Source of the DNA: Alphaproteobacteria bacterium
GTDB taxonomy: Bacteria; Pseudomonadota; Alphaproteobacteria; UBA828
Reading direction: 5' to 3'
Length of the DNA stretch: 64,000 bases
Assembly: GCA_965237415.1 (NCBI GenBank)
Contig: CBDEFM010000002.1
Span: 3,971,331 to 4,035,330 of the forward strand
Below are positions 10,079 through 22,095 of this stretch, piece by piece. The notes under the pieces were generated by a model, which had not been told where the DNA came from, searched no databases, and worked only from the letters and a program-made list of their open reading frames with translations. The position numbers were made by a program, and so were the translations under genes. Each line of letters opens with the position of its first letter. The stretch's first letter is position 1.

Positions 10079-11053
10079 ATGCTTGAGGTGATCAAGCCCG
10101 GTCTCGAGACCACGGTGCAGGACTATCCGGGGCGTATCGGCTACTGGGAGCAGGGGTTTCCGTTCTCGGGCCCGATGGACGACTGGTCCTTCCGCCTCGC
10201 CAACCTGCTGGTCGGCAACCCCGAGGGTACGGCCGGGCTCGAATGCCAGTTCACCGGCCCGGCGCTGCGTTTCGGCCGGGACTCCGTCGTCGCCGTCACC
10301 GGCGCCGACATGCAGCCCACATTGGACAACGCGCCGGCGCCGCTCTGGGAAAGTTTTGCCGTCCGTGCCGGCCAGGTGCTGGCGTTCCGCTTCGCGCGCT
10401 TGGGCGCCCGCGCCTATCTCGCCATCGCGGGCGGTATCGACACGCCGCCGGTGCTGGGCTCGCGCGCGACCTTTCACCAGGCCGGGATCGGCGGGCTCGA
10501 CGGTCATGCGCTCAAGGCTGGGCAGAGCCTGCCGCTGGGTGACGGTGCCGGCACGCCCGGCCGGCGGGTGCGGGAGGACTGTCGCCCTCCGCTCAAGGCT
10601 GAGCGGGTGTGGCAGATGGAGGCGGTGCCCGGCCCCAACGACGACTGGATCGACGAGGCCGGCCACCGCATGTTCCTGGAGAGCGACTGGACCGTGCAGA
10701 CGCGGAGCAACCGCACGGGCTTCCGCCTCTCAGGCCCCGCCTGGAGCTTCACGGAGAAGGCGACCGACAAGCGCTCCGAGCATGGCGAGGACCCGTCCAA
10801 CATCCTCGACCACGGCTATCCGGTGGGCGCGGTCAATCTCTGCGGCCAGACCCCCATCATCCTGGTCAACGACGGGCCGAGCACGGGCGGCTTCATCAAC
10901 CCCTATACGGTGCCGTCTGCGGCGTTCTGGAAGCTCGCCCAGTCGAAGCCGGGGGACGTCTACCGCTTCCGCGCCGTCTCCGTAGACGAGGCGCAGGACA
11001 AGCGCCGGGCGATCAACCGGCTCATCGCAGAGGCGAGCATCGAGACGGTCTGA
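10079..11053 (+). CDS. Biotin-dependent carboxyltransferase/allophanate hydrolase subunit 2 family (PxpC/KipA-like)
   Basis: PGLETTVQDYPGR, SGPMD, ANLLVGN, GARAYLA, GSRAT, SNRTGFRL, DGPSTGGF. Confidence 0.87.
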   Translation: MLEVIKPGLETTVQDYPGRIGYWEQGFPFSGPMDDWSFRLANLLVGNPEGTAGLECQFTGPALRFGRDSVVAVTGADMQPTLDNAPAPLWESFAVRAGQVLAFRFARLGARAYLAIAGGIDTPPVLGSRATFHQAGIGGLDGHALKAGQSLPLGDGAGTPGRRVREDCRPPLKAERVWQMEAVPGPNDDWIDEAGHRMFLESDWTVQTRSNRTGFRLSGPAWSFTEKATDKRSEHGEDPSNILDHGYPVGAVNLCGQTPIILVNDGPSTGGFINPYTVPSAAFWKLAQSKPGDVYRFRAVSVDEAQDKRRAINRLIAEASIETV

Positions 11054-11069
11054 GCCTTAGTGCCTGCTG

Positions 11070-12386
11070 CTATTGGGCGAGGCGCTTGATCTCCGGCGAT
11101 GCGGCGATCTTGCCCTCTCTCACGTAGCTCTCGTGATTGCGCTCGATCGTCCGCGGGTCATACACATAGTTGACCAGCAACCCCGCCGATTCCGCGAGCC
11201 CCTTCGCAGAAACGTCTCCGAGCCAGTTGATCCGCTCAAGCCGCGCACCGTTCCGCAGGTGAAAGCGGGCCACGGGATCGAGCGGGCGGCCACTCGACTT
11301 GGCCTCAAGCAGATAGCGCGCGCAAAGCCGGGTCAGCGGCTCCCGTAGCTCCGCTGCGGCGCCATCGTTTCGATGCCAATCGGCCTCCGACACGCGACCG
11401 ATCGCCGTCGTTTCCTCCGCCGAAAGCTCGCTGTCGGCACTATCGACGAGAGACGCGAGCCAGGTCCGAAATCCCGGAACGGGCGAAAGTGTCGCAAAGG
11501 TCTTGAGGCCCGGCAGTTCATGGGCCAACTCCACCACGACCTGCTTGATGAGAAAGTTGCCGAAGGAGATGCCGATCAAGCCGACCCGGCAGTTGTTAAT
11601 GGCGTAGAAGATTGCGGTGTCGGCCCTTACCGAATCCAGCGTGTCCTCCGGGCCCGAAATCAGCGGCTGCACGGCGGTCGCCATGCCGCGCACCAGCGCC
11701 ACCTCCACGAAGATCAGTGGCTCGTCGGGGAGCGCAGGGTGGAAGAAGGCGAAGCATCGCCGGTCCTCGGCGAGACGGCGTTTCAGATCCGCCCACCCCG
11801 CCACGGGATGCACGGCCTCGTAGGTCATGATCTTCTGCAGGAGCGCCGCCGGGCTCTCCCAGTCTATCCGCTCCAGGTGCAGGAAGCCCCGGTTGAACCA
11901 GGATGTGAACAGGTGCACGAGATCGACGTCCACCGCCTTGAGCGACGGGTCGTCCGGCAGCAGCGTCAACAGGTCCTCGCGCATCGCGACGATGGTGGCG
12001 GTACCGTTCGGCGCCATGTTGATGCGGCGAAAAAGCTCCTGCCGGGGCGGCTCGACCGCGGCCGTGAGCGCCATGAGCGTGTCGGGGCCAGGCGCCGCCT
12101 TGTAACGATCGCCCGCCGCATGGATCGCCGCTGGGTCCGGTCCGTAATCGGCCGCGAGAGTCGTGAAGAAGGCGTGCTTTTCCGCCCCGCTCATGGCGCG
12201 GTAGGCATCTGCCACGTCGCGCGCGAGCGCCGTGCCCGACGCCTCGCCTCGCGTGGAGAGCAGCGCATCGCAAAGCGCCCCCGGCGAGCGCTCGCGCAAC
12301 CTGCCCGCAGGCGAACCGCGCCGCAGCAGTTCGCGGCCGGCGTCGGCCACGGAGTTGAGCACCTGGTTCAGGCGCGAGCGCCTCAT
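11070..12386 (-). CDS. matA: Malonyl-CoA decarboxylase
   Basis: WFNRGFL, YEAVH, RRCFAFFHP, EPLIFVEVAL, FGNFLIKQVV, TLSPVPGF, DPVARFHLRNGA. Confidence 0.93.
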   Translation of the reverse strand: MRRSRLNQVLNSVADAGRELLRRGSPAGRLRERSPGALCDALLSTRGEASGTALARDVADAYRAMSGAEKHAFFTTLAADYGPDPAAIHAAGDRYKAAPGPDTLMALTAAVEPPRQELFRRINMAPNGTATIVAMREDLLTLLPDDPSLKAVDVDLVHLFTSWFNRGFLHLERIDWESPAALLQKIMTYEAVHPVAGWADLKRRLAEDRRCFAFFHPALPDEPLIFVEVALVRGMATAVQPLISGPEDTLDSVRADTAIFYAINNCRVGLIGISFGNFLIKQVVVELAHELPGLKTFATLSPVPGFRTWLASLVDSADSELSAEETTAIGRVSEADWHRNDGAAAELREPLTRLCARYLLEAKSSGRPLDPVARFHLRNGARLERINWLGDVSAKGLAESAGLLVNYVYDPRTIERNHESYVREGKIAASPEIKRLAQ

Positions 12387-12528
12387 GCGTCTCCGCTCCC
12401 CGTATTGAGAGTCGATTACTACACACGCATATGGTGACGCGCGGCCCCCGGCGCCACGGTCAAGTTGCGGTGTCCGTGCTCGCGATGGGCGTTGAGAAAA
12501 CGGGACGCGGCGACGACCGGCCGCCGGA

Positions 12529-13113
12529 TCAATTCATGGAGACGAACTCGTCCGCCGTGATCAGATCGGCGTAGAGCGGCATGATCTCCACCATGGCGTC
12601 GTAGTTCTGGTCGGTGAAGCCGCTGGTGCAGTCCTTCAGGATCGTCGCGCTGTAGCCCATATTGACGGCGCGTTTCACCGTCGTCGCCACGACATGCTCG
12701 ATACACTGGCCGACGACATAGAGGCTCTTGATCCCCCGGTTTCTGAGGATGAGGTCAAGGTCCGTCCCCTCGAAGCCGTCCGAGCCGAAGTTGATGACGA
12801 TAATCTCGGTTCCTTCCGGCTTGAGCTCGTCAATCACGTCCGCGCCCCAGGAGCCGACCAGGCACTCGTTATTGTCCTTGGCCTCCTTGAGGAGGCCGCA
12901 GGTGTTGTCCGGTAGCTCGGGGAAGCCGGGCCGCCAGGCGATGTTCACATAGATGACCGGCATGCCGCGCTGCCGGGCGGTCTCCAGCGCCCGCCGCGCA
13001 TTGCCGACCGACCCGTTCTTCTCCACCTGCGGGAACAGATACTTGCCCCATACGCCATCGGGATGGGCGACGCCGTTCTGGAAGTGCAGCACCAGGAGTG
13101 CGGAGTCTGACAT
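12529..13113 (-). CDS. Isochorismatase/cysteine-hydrolase fold protein with atypical active site
   Basis: ALLVLHFQN, GSWGADVIDEL, GFEGTDLDLILRNRGI, GYSATILKDC; triad positions are substituted. Confidence 0.85.
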   Translation of the reverse strand: MSDSALLVLHFQNGVAHPDGVWGKYLFPQVEKNGSVGNARRALETARQRGMPVIYVNIAWRPGFPELPDNTCGLLKEAKDNNECLVGSWGADVIDELKPEGTEIIVINFGSDGFEGTDLDLILRNRGIKSLYVVGQCIEHVVATTVKRAVNMGYSATILKDCTSGFTDQNYDAMVEIMPLYADLITADEFVSMN

Positions 13114-13164
13114 GTCCTGAGTTCCTTTCGTCGTAGGATGGTAAGCGTGTTCGGTTCCGTTGGG

Positions 13165-13950
13165 TTATGACAGATCGAGGCGGCCGAGAAAGCGCGCCAT
13201 CGCCGCGTTCACGGTCGCCGGCTTCTCCAGATTGACCGAATGCCCGGCCTCTGGAACACGCGCGAACGTCGCGTCGGGGAGGGCGTCTGCCATCGCCGCC
13301 GCCCGTTCGATGGGGAGCGGCACGTCCTCCTCTCCGTGGATCACGAGGACCGGCAGGTCGATATCCGCGAGGCGGTCGGTGATATCCGCCTTGTCGATCC
13401 AGGACCGGCCCTGGACGAGCACCGCGCGCGCCGGCACCGTCGTCGACCAGCGCTCGACCCAATGGTCCGCGAGCGCCTTGTTGCGGGCGAGCGTCGTCTC
13501 GCCGAAGCAGAAGGGCGCGACCCACTCGGCGAAGGGCCGCGGCACCATGCCGTCCGCATCCAGCTTGTCGAACTGGTGGTGGTAGGCCTCCCGCTCCTCG
13601 GCCGCATAACCCTTCGATGTGGCGGCGACGAGGATCAGCCCGTTCAACCGCTCCGGATAGGCGAGGGCGAATTCGAGGGCCATGAAGCCGCCGACCGACA
13701 TGCCCACGAGCACGCATTTCCCGATGCCGAGGTCGTCGAGCAGCGCGCGGCAATCCTCGACCAGGTCGCTCAGTGTGTGCGGGGCCGGCTCCCCGCTGAG
13801 CACCCGGCTGTTGTAGGCAAGCGCCCGATAGCCCCGCTCGGCCAGATGGTCCAACTGGGGGTCGAACATTGTTGCATCCATCAGCGTGCCGTGGCTGAAG
13901 ACCACCGCAGGCCCCGATCCCTTCTCGATATAGCGCTCGTGAAACCCCAC
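13165..13950 (-). CDS. Alpha/beta hydrolase (enol-lactone hydrolase-like)
   Basis: GTG start after GGAGA; FSHG, GMSVGG nucleophile elbow, GEED, AGH. Confidence 0.85.
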   Translation of the reverse strand: MGFHERYIEKGSGPAVVFSHGTLMDATMFDPQLDHLAERGYRALAYNSRVLSGEPAPHTLSDLVEDCRALLDDLGIGKCVLVGMSVGGFMALEFALAYPERLNGLILVAATSKGYAAEEREAYHHQFDKLDADGMVPRPFAEWVAPFCFGETTLARNKALADHWVERWSTTVPARAVLVQGRSWIDKADITDRLADIDLPVLVIHGEEDVPLPIERAAAMADALPDATFARVPEAGHSVNLEKPATVNAAMARFLGRLDLS

Positions 13951-14006
13951 TGGTGTCTCCTGCTTCGTTGAGGGGTACGGCGCTGCGACCGCACGCGCCG
14001 AAGGCG

Positions 14007-14615
14007 CTATGTAACCGGCTCCGGTGCTGCGGTCGTATAAGGCTTCCAGCCCTCGGTGGCCATGATATGGGCGAGCGCGTCGGCCGCATCCCACACATCG
14101 ATATAGCGCATGTAAAGCGGGGTGTTGCCGAACCTGAGAATGTCGGGGTTGCGGAAATCGACGACGACGTCCGCAGCGCGGACGAGGTCGTAGCGCTCGC
14201 CCAGGAATGCGACGAGGCCTTCCAGAATGTAAGTGTCGCTGGGGAAGTTGCCCCGCTCGGTGACGACCCTTCGCCGCCCCTTGCTGTCTCGCAGCAGGGA
14301 GGCCGCAAGCTTGAACATGTTGACGGAGGTGGAATCGGCGACGATGACTTCGCCCGCCGAGGCGCCGATCAGCGGAGCGATGGCATCGCCCGTCTTGCGT
14401 GCGAGGAAGAACCAGTCGGCGTCGAGCCAGCTCTCGACGAGGCCCCGGCCCCATTCCTCCCGGACCAGGCGGTCGAGGTCGGCGGCGGTGGTCTTGGGCA
14501 GCGCGCCGAGGGAGTTGCCGTCGAAATAGAGCATGTCCTCCGGCAGGGAAAACCGTTCGCGGCAGTGAGCGAGCGGGCACTCCCGGTCCAGTCTTTGACA
14601 CGCCGCGCGATCCAT
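14007..14615 (-). pseudogene. kynU: Kynureninase with a large in-frame internal deletion
   Basis: N-terminal YFDGNSLG, ADSTSVNMFKL, NFPSDTY joined directly to C-terminal DFRNPDILRFGNTPLYMRYIDVWDA; about 200 aa, roughly half normal length; no PLP-lysine segment. Confidence 0.85.
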
Positions 14616-14634
14616 GGGGCGCTCGCGGTGCCCA

Positions 14635-15363
14635 TCAGAAGTGTGAGCGGCCATCCGCCTTGCCGAAGCCGAAGTAGGCCTGCTCCACGCGCTCGTCGGT
14701 GAGCTCGCTGCAGTCGCCTTCGAGCTCGATCTGGCCTGAGCGGATGATGTAGATGCGATCGCCGTTCTCCAGCGCCCGGTGGGTGCTCTGCTCGACGACG
14801 AGCAGCGTGATGCCCTCGTCGCGGAGCCCCTTGAGAATCTCGTAGACGGTGTCCACCACCATCGGCGCGAGCCCGAGCGAGGGCTCGTCGAGCAGGATGA
14901 GGCTCGGCCGCGTCATCAGCGCGCGGGCGATAACCAATTGCTGCTGCTCGCCGCCCGAGAGCTTGCCGCCAGGGGTGGAGAGGCGCCCGCGCAGGAAGGG
15001 GAAGCTCTCCATCATGCGCTCGAAATCCGCCCTCACCTGCTTGCGGTCGCGGCGCATCTGGCTGCCCAGCAGGATGTTCTCCTGCACCGTGAGCTGGGTG
15101 AAGACGTGGCGCCCCTCCGGCACCAAAGAGAGGCCCCTGCGCGCGATGATCTCCGGCGCCATCCCGACCACAGAGCGGCCGCCCAGCCTGATATCGCCCT
15201 GGGCCGGCGGGTGGAGGCCGGCGATGCTGCGCAGCGTGCTCGACTTGCCGGCGCCGTTGGGGCCGACCAGGCAGACGATCTCGCCTTCGCCCACGGTGAG
15301 CGAGACACCGCGCACCGCGCGCAGCCGGCGGTAGCGGACGTGCAGGTCGTCAACTTCGAGCAT
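14635..15363 (-). CDS. livF: Branched-chain amino acid-type ABC ATPase (LivF-like)
   Basis: GPNGAGKS, LVPEGR, LSGGEQQ, LDEPSLGLAP. Confidence 0.9.
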   Translation of the reverse strand: MLEVDDLHVRYRRLRAVRGVSLTVGEGEIVCLVGPNGAGKSSTLRSIAGLHPPAQGDIRLGGRSVVGMAPEIIARRGLSLVPEGRHVFTQLTVQENILLGSQMRRDRKQVRADFERMMESFPFLRGRLSTPGGKLSGGEQQQLVIARALMTRPSLILLDEPSLGLAPMVVDTVYEILKGLRDEGITLLVVEQSTHRALENGDRIYIIRSGQIELEGDCSELTDERVEQAYFGFGKADGRSHF

Positions 15364-16159
15364 CGGCCGATTTTGTTCCCAGATAGGCGCGCATCACGTC
15401 TGGATTGACCTGGATCTCCTCCGGCGGCCCCTCGGCCACGGAGCGCCCGCTCTCGATCACGTGGATGCGGTCGCAGGCTCCCATGATGACCCGCATGTTG
15501 TGCTCGATCAGCAGCACGCCGCAGCCGAAGACAGTGGGAATTTCGGCGATGAGACCCATGAGCTCGTCGCACTCGGCATCGCTCAAGCCTGCCGCCGGCT
15601 CGTCCAGCAGCACGAATCGCGGCGCCATGGCGAGCGCGCGGCCGATGCCGACCCGCCGCTCGTCGCCGTAGGGCAGCGTGTCCGCCCAATCGTCGGCCCT
15701 GTGCGCGAACTTCATCCAGGCGAGGATGCGGGTGGCACGGCGGGCGGCTTCGCGGCGCCCGAGTCCCATTCCCACTGCCGCCGCCTCCAGATTCTCGATC
15801 ACCGGCATGTCGCGGAAGAGCCGCACCGCCTGGAAGGTGCGGGCGAGACCGCGCCGCCCGAGCTCGTGGGGGGGCAGGCCGGTCACATCGTCGCCGCCCA
15901 GCTCGACCCGCCCCCGCGTGGGACGCTGGAAACCGGTGAGCACGTTGACGAGCGTTGTCTTGCCGGCGCCGTTGGGGCCGATGAGCCCAAAAACCTCGCC
16001 GTTCTTCATGGAGATCGAGACCCCGTCGACGGCCGCGAGACCCTCGAAATGGACCGTGACATCGAAGGCCTCCAGCGTGTCGTCGGCCGTGCCGGCAACG
16101 GCCAGAGCCGCCGCGCCGGGCCGGGCCGGACGCAACTTGCGTGCGAGCCGATCCATCAT
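15350..16159 (-). CDS. livG: Branched-chain amino acid-type ABC ATPase (LivG-like)
   Basis: GLIGPNGAGKTT, ARTFQ, LPYG, LDEPAAG, AYLG. Confidence 0.9.
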   Translation of the reverse strand: MMDRLARKLRPARPGAAALAVAGTADDTLEAFDVTVHFEGLAAVDGVSISMKNGEVFGLIGPNGAGKTTLVNVLTGFQRPTRGRVELGGDDVTGLPPHELGRRGLARTFQAVRLFRDMPVIENLEAAAVGMGLGRREAARRATRILAWMKFAHRADDWADTLPYGDERRVGIGRALAMAPRFVLLDEPAAGLSDAECDELMGLIAEIPTVFGCGVLLIEHNMRVIMGACDRIHVIESGRSVAEGPPEEIQVNPDVMRAYLGTKSADARS

Positions 16160-17292
16160 GGCGCGCCATCCCGGTGCGCGACGCCCCGCCGCAGGGGGTC
16201 GCCGGCGTCCGCGTCTTCCGCGCCGGCATCCCGCGCGATGCGCCCGGCCTTGCCGAAGGGCCACGGTATCTCGCGCCCGGCCATGATGCCGTCCGGCCGG
16301 AAGACCAGGATGATGATCATGAGGCCGGCGATGGTGAGCTCCTGCGCGCCGATCGGCACCGAGAGCACGGCGACACCCACGTCCATGCCGGCTTCGAGGG
16401 AGTTCAGAATCTCGATCAGGGTCGAGATGACCACGACGCCCACGATGGCGCCGCTCAGGCTGCGCTGGCCGCCTACGATGAGCATGGCGAGCAGGATGAA
16501 GGTGATGGTGAGCCAGAAATTTTTGACCGCGATGGTGCCGAGATAGTGCGCCTCCAGAACCCCGCCGATGCCCATGAAGAAGGCGCTCAGCACAAAGGCG
16601 ATGAGCCGCTGACGCGGGATGTTGATGCCCGCCGCGCGGGCCGCGAACTGATCCTCGCGCGAGGCGCGGAGCGCGAGCCCGTAGCGGGAGCGCTGGTAGA
16701 TGAAGGCGACGAAGAGCGCCACCACCACCCAGGCGAGCGCGATCCACATGTCCACATAGATCGGGATGCCCGGCATGGTCGCCGCGCCCAGCGTCCATTC
16801 GCTCCAGTTTGAATAGAAGGTCTTGAACATGCCGAGCACGGCAAGCGTCGCGATGGCTGCGGCGATGCCCGAGAGCCGCATGATCGGGATGCCGACGACG
16901 AACGCGACAATGGCGGCGAGCAGCGCCGCCGCAATCGCCGACGGCAGCATCGGGTACTGGTGCGCCGCCAGGAACTCCGGCAGCTGCAGCGCAAAACTCT
17001 TGTTGAAGGGGCGGAGCGTGAGCCACGCCACGCCATAGGCGCCGACCATCATGAAGGTCGCGTGGCCGAAGGCGAGCACGCCCGAGTTGCCGATGAAGAT
17101 GTAAAGGCCGATCACCATCACGGCGCGGATCAGCGCGGCCGTCACCGCGAGCGCCAGCACCGCGTCGCCTGTCGCCCAGATGGCGAGCGCGATGACGAGC
17201 ACGCCGAGCGAGAGCGCGATCGGCGTCCAGAAGGCGCGCAGGCCCACGATCGGCAGGCGCAGGATCGAATCGCCCCGGCCCGGTCCGTCCAT
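16156..17292 (-). CDS. livM: Branched-chain amino acid-type ABC permease (LivM-like)
   Basis: GVLAFGHA, GLALRASRED, MLIVGG; hydrophobic. Confidence 0.88.
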   Translation of the reverse strand: MDGPGRGDSILRLPIVGLRAFWTPIALSLGVLVIALAIWATGDAVLALAVTAALIRAVMVIGLYIFIGNSGVLAFGHATFMMVGAYGVAWLTLRPFNKSFALQLPEFLAAHQYPMLPSAIAAALLAAIVAFVVGIPIMRLSGIAAAIATLAVLGMFKTFYSNWSEWTLGAATMPGIPIYVDMWIALAWVVVALFVAFIYQRSRYGLALRASREDQFAARAAGINIPRQRLIAFVLSAFFMGIGGVLEAHYLGTIAVKNFWLTITFILLAMLIVGGQRSLSGAIVGVVVISTLIEILNSLEAGMDVGVAVLSVPIGAQELTIAGLMIIILVFRPDGIMAGREIPWPFGKAGRIARDAGAEDADAGDPLRRGVAHRDGAP

Positions 17293-17293
17293 C

Positions 17294-18208
17294 TCAGACC
17301 TTCTCCTCGATCGACTTCACCTTCACGAGGCCGGAGGGTCTCAGCAGCAGGATCAGCAGGATCAGCCCATAGACGAAGACGTCGCGGTCGGGACGCATGG
17401 CGACCGGCAGCGAGACCTGGAGGACCACGCTCGCGATCCCCACCACGAAGCCGCCGAGAACCGCGCCCGTGAGGCTCCCCATGCCGCCCACCACGGTGGC
17501 GACGAAGGCGAAGAGCACGAGTGGAATGCCCATGCTGTAGGTGAGCGCGCCCACCTGCGAGACGTGGAGAAGCGAGACCACGGCGGCGAGCATCCCGCTG
17601 ATGGCAAAGGCGACCGCGATCACCCGGTTGCCGCGGACGCCGAGCAGCCGCGCCGTGGAAAAATCCTCCGACGCGGCACGCATCTGGATGCCCATGGCGG
17701 TGCGTTTGAGGAAGAGCACGAGGAGCACGAGCAGGCCCATCGTGACCCCGATGGTGACGATCTGCAGGTAGGGGATGCGGACGCCGCTGATGGGCAGCGC
17801 TTCGAGCAGCTCGGGCCAGATGCTCACCGCCTTCACCCGGCCGCCATAGATCATCACCACGAGATGCTCGAGGAAGAAGCTGAGCGCGAACGAGGTAATC
17901 AGCAGAACCGAGGGATCGGCGCGCCGGAGCGGGCGAAAGGCGAGGCGCTCGCAGGCGAGCGCAAACACCATGACGATCAGGACGATGGCGCCGACCAGGA
18001 GCGGTGCCGGCCAGGCACCGATGAAGGCGACTGCGGCGGCGGCGGTCGACGGCACGATCAGCGCATAGCCGCCGATCATGATGAGGTCGCCATGGGCGAA
18101 GTTGATCAGCCGCATGACGCCGAAAATCAGCCCGATGCCGAGCGCGGTGAGCGCGTACAGGCTGCCGAGCGCGAGCGCGTCGATGGCGTTCTGGACCAGT
18201 CCGGTCAC
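17294..18208 (-). CDS. livH: Branched-chain amino acid-type ABC permease (LivH-like)
   Basis: GSLYALTALG, INFAHGD, RPSGL. Confidence 0.92.
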   Translation of the reverse strand: MTGLVQNAIDALALGSLYALTALGIGLIFGVMRLINFAHGDLIMIGGYALIVPSTAAAAVAFIGAWPAPLLVGAIVLIVMVFALACERLAFRPLRRADPSVLLITSFALSFFLEHLVVMIYGGRVKAVSIWPELLEALPISGVRIPYLQIVTIGVTMGLLVLLVLFLKRTAMGIQMRAASEDFSTARLLGVRGNRVIAVAFAISGMLAAVVSLLHVSQVGALTYSMGIPLVLFAFVATVVGGMGSLTGAVLGGFVVGIASVVLQVSLPVAMRPDRDVFVYGLILLILLLRPSGLVKVKSIEEKV

Positions 18209-18242
18209 GACGGCCCCTCGGATGAGGAATCGGCAACTGAGG

Positions 18243-18279
18243 CGGAGGCCGGCCCGCCTTGCGGCGAACCGGCCTCCGC
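18243..18279 (-). other. GC-rich stem-loop between the binding-protein and permease genes (mRNA stabiliser/attenuator)
   Basis: GCGGAGGCCGG ... CCGGCCTCCGC perfect inverted repeat immediately after the SBP stop. Confidence 0.5.
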
Positions 18280-18289
18280 ACGGTGAGGA

Positions 18290-19522
18290 CTAGTTCTCGT
18301 AAAGATCCTCGGTGAAGTCGGGGAAGATGAGCTGCAGCGCCGGCGGATTTTCGGCACCGCCCTTCCCGGCATAGCTGCCCTTGCCGTCCTGGATCTGGAC
18401 GATGGTCAGGACATGGGTGAGGTCGATGTGGGTATCCGCCGTATAGGTGGTCTCACCCCAGAGCAGCGGCTCCTTGTCGAACTTGTTCATCTCGGCCAGC
18501 ACGGCATCGGAATCGAGGGAGCCCGCGCGCTCGGCCGCGACCTTGATCATCTGGATCACGCTGTAGCCGTTGATCGGGAACGAGGTTTCCGACTCGCCGT
18601 ACTTCTCCCGATAGCGGTCGAAGAACTCGTTCACCTCGGGCCGGGGATCGTCGCCCCAGATCGAGCCGAAGGAGGCGGAATAGTGGTCGTTCAAGCCCGG
18701 GACCGCCTCGGCCCAATAGTCGCCGTCCATCGAATCGCCGCCGCCGATGGGCACGTCGATTCCGGCGGAGCGAATCTGGCGGATCGCACTCACCGCGCCG
18801 CCGCCGTAGGAGCAGAGATAGAGGAATTCGGGCTCGCCCCGCTCGGCCGCCAGCTGCCTGTAGCGGGTGATCTGCGAGGCGATTGAGGCGTCCTCCTGCA
18901 TGTAGCTGTCGACGCCGATCACCGTGCCGCCATAGTCCTTCCACTGCTCCATGAAGCCGTGGCAGATGCTCTTGTCGTACTCGATCGAAGCATCGAGCAG
19001 CAGGTAGGCATTGCGCCAGCCCCTGTCGTGGAAGGCGTACTTGGCCATGCCCGCGCCTTCGCCCTGGCCGTAGGTATTGAGAGTGAAGGCATAGGGCCCG
19101 ATGCCCTGCACGCCCATCTTCGCGTCGGATGCGCACGACGAGATCGAGATCATGTTGTTGCTGTTGGCGACCGTGGCGGCAGGCGCCCCCATGTCGTAGT
19201 CGCAGGAGACGACCATGAAGTGCGCCCCTTGCGCTACCACGTCGGCGCCGGCCTTGGCGCCCTGCACCGTGTCGGTCTTGGTATCCGAGACCACGGCCCG
19301 GATCTGCTTACCGAGGATGCCGCCTTGCTCGTTGAACTCGTCGATGGCCATCAGCGAGCCCTGATAGGGCGGGCCGTCGTACTGGTTCATCCAGCCGCTG
19401 AGGGCGATGGCGAAGCCGATGACCACCTCGTGGTCGTCCGCCTTGGCCTGTTGTTGATGAGCTACCGGCGCGGCCACCAGGGCCGCAAGCGCCACGAGAG
19501 CAGCGAATCTCCCTAACATCAT
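18290..19522 (-). CDS. Liv-type ABC substrate-binding protein
   Basis: RBS GGAGG; signal peptide; GGILGKQI, ASQIT, AAERAGS periplasmic binding protein type 1 motifs. Confidence 0.88.
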   Translation of the reverse strand: MMLGRFAALVALAALVAAPVAHQQQAKADDHEVVIGFAIALSGWMNQYDGPPYQGSLMAIDEFNEQGGILGKQIRAVVSDTKTDTVQGAKAGADVVAQGAHFMVVSCDYDMGAPAATVANSNNMISISSCASDAKMGVQGIGPYAFTLNTYGQGEGAGMAKYAFHDRGWRNAYLLLDASIEYDKSICHGFMEQWKDYGGTVIGVDSYMQEDASIASQITRYRQLAAERGEPEFLYLCSYGGGAVSAIRQIRSAGIDVPIGGGDSMDGDYWAEAVPGLNDHYSASFGSIWGDDPRPEVNEFFDRYREKYGESETSFPINGYSVIQMIKVAAERAGSLDSDAVLAEMNKFDKEPLLWGETTYTADTHIDLTHVLTIVQIQDGKGSYAGKGGAENPPALQLIFPDFTEDLYEN

Positions 19523-19701
19523 TCCATTCCTCCCATCTTGCCCAGACGCCGTCATGTTCTCGCGATTGTTCATCGGCCGTCTCGGGCCTGCCACTATAGG
19601 CGGGCCGCGGGTGAGCGTCCATGCGACCGGCGGCCCAACTTTCTGCCCCGTTGCGTGCTCGCCTGCCGGGCGCCTAGGCTTCGAAGCCAGCATGACGGGA
19701 G

Positions 19702-22034
<2,333 letters not shown>

Positions 22035-22095
22035 GGCCGCCGGTGTGGTCGAGCTCGGTGCGGCCGCCGACCCGATCCAGCCCCGGAGGTGCGAT

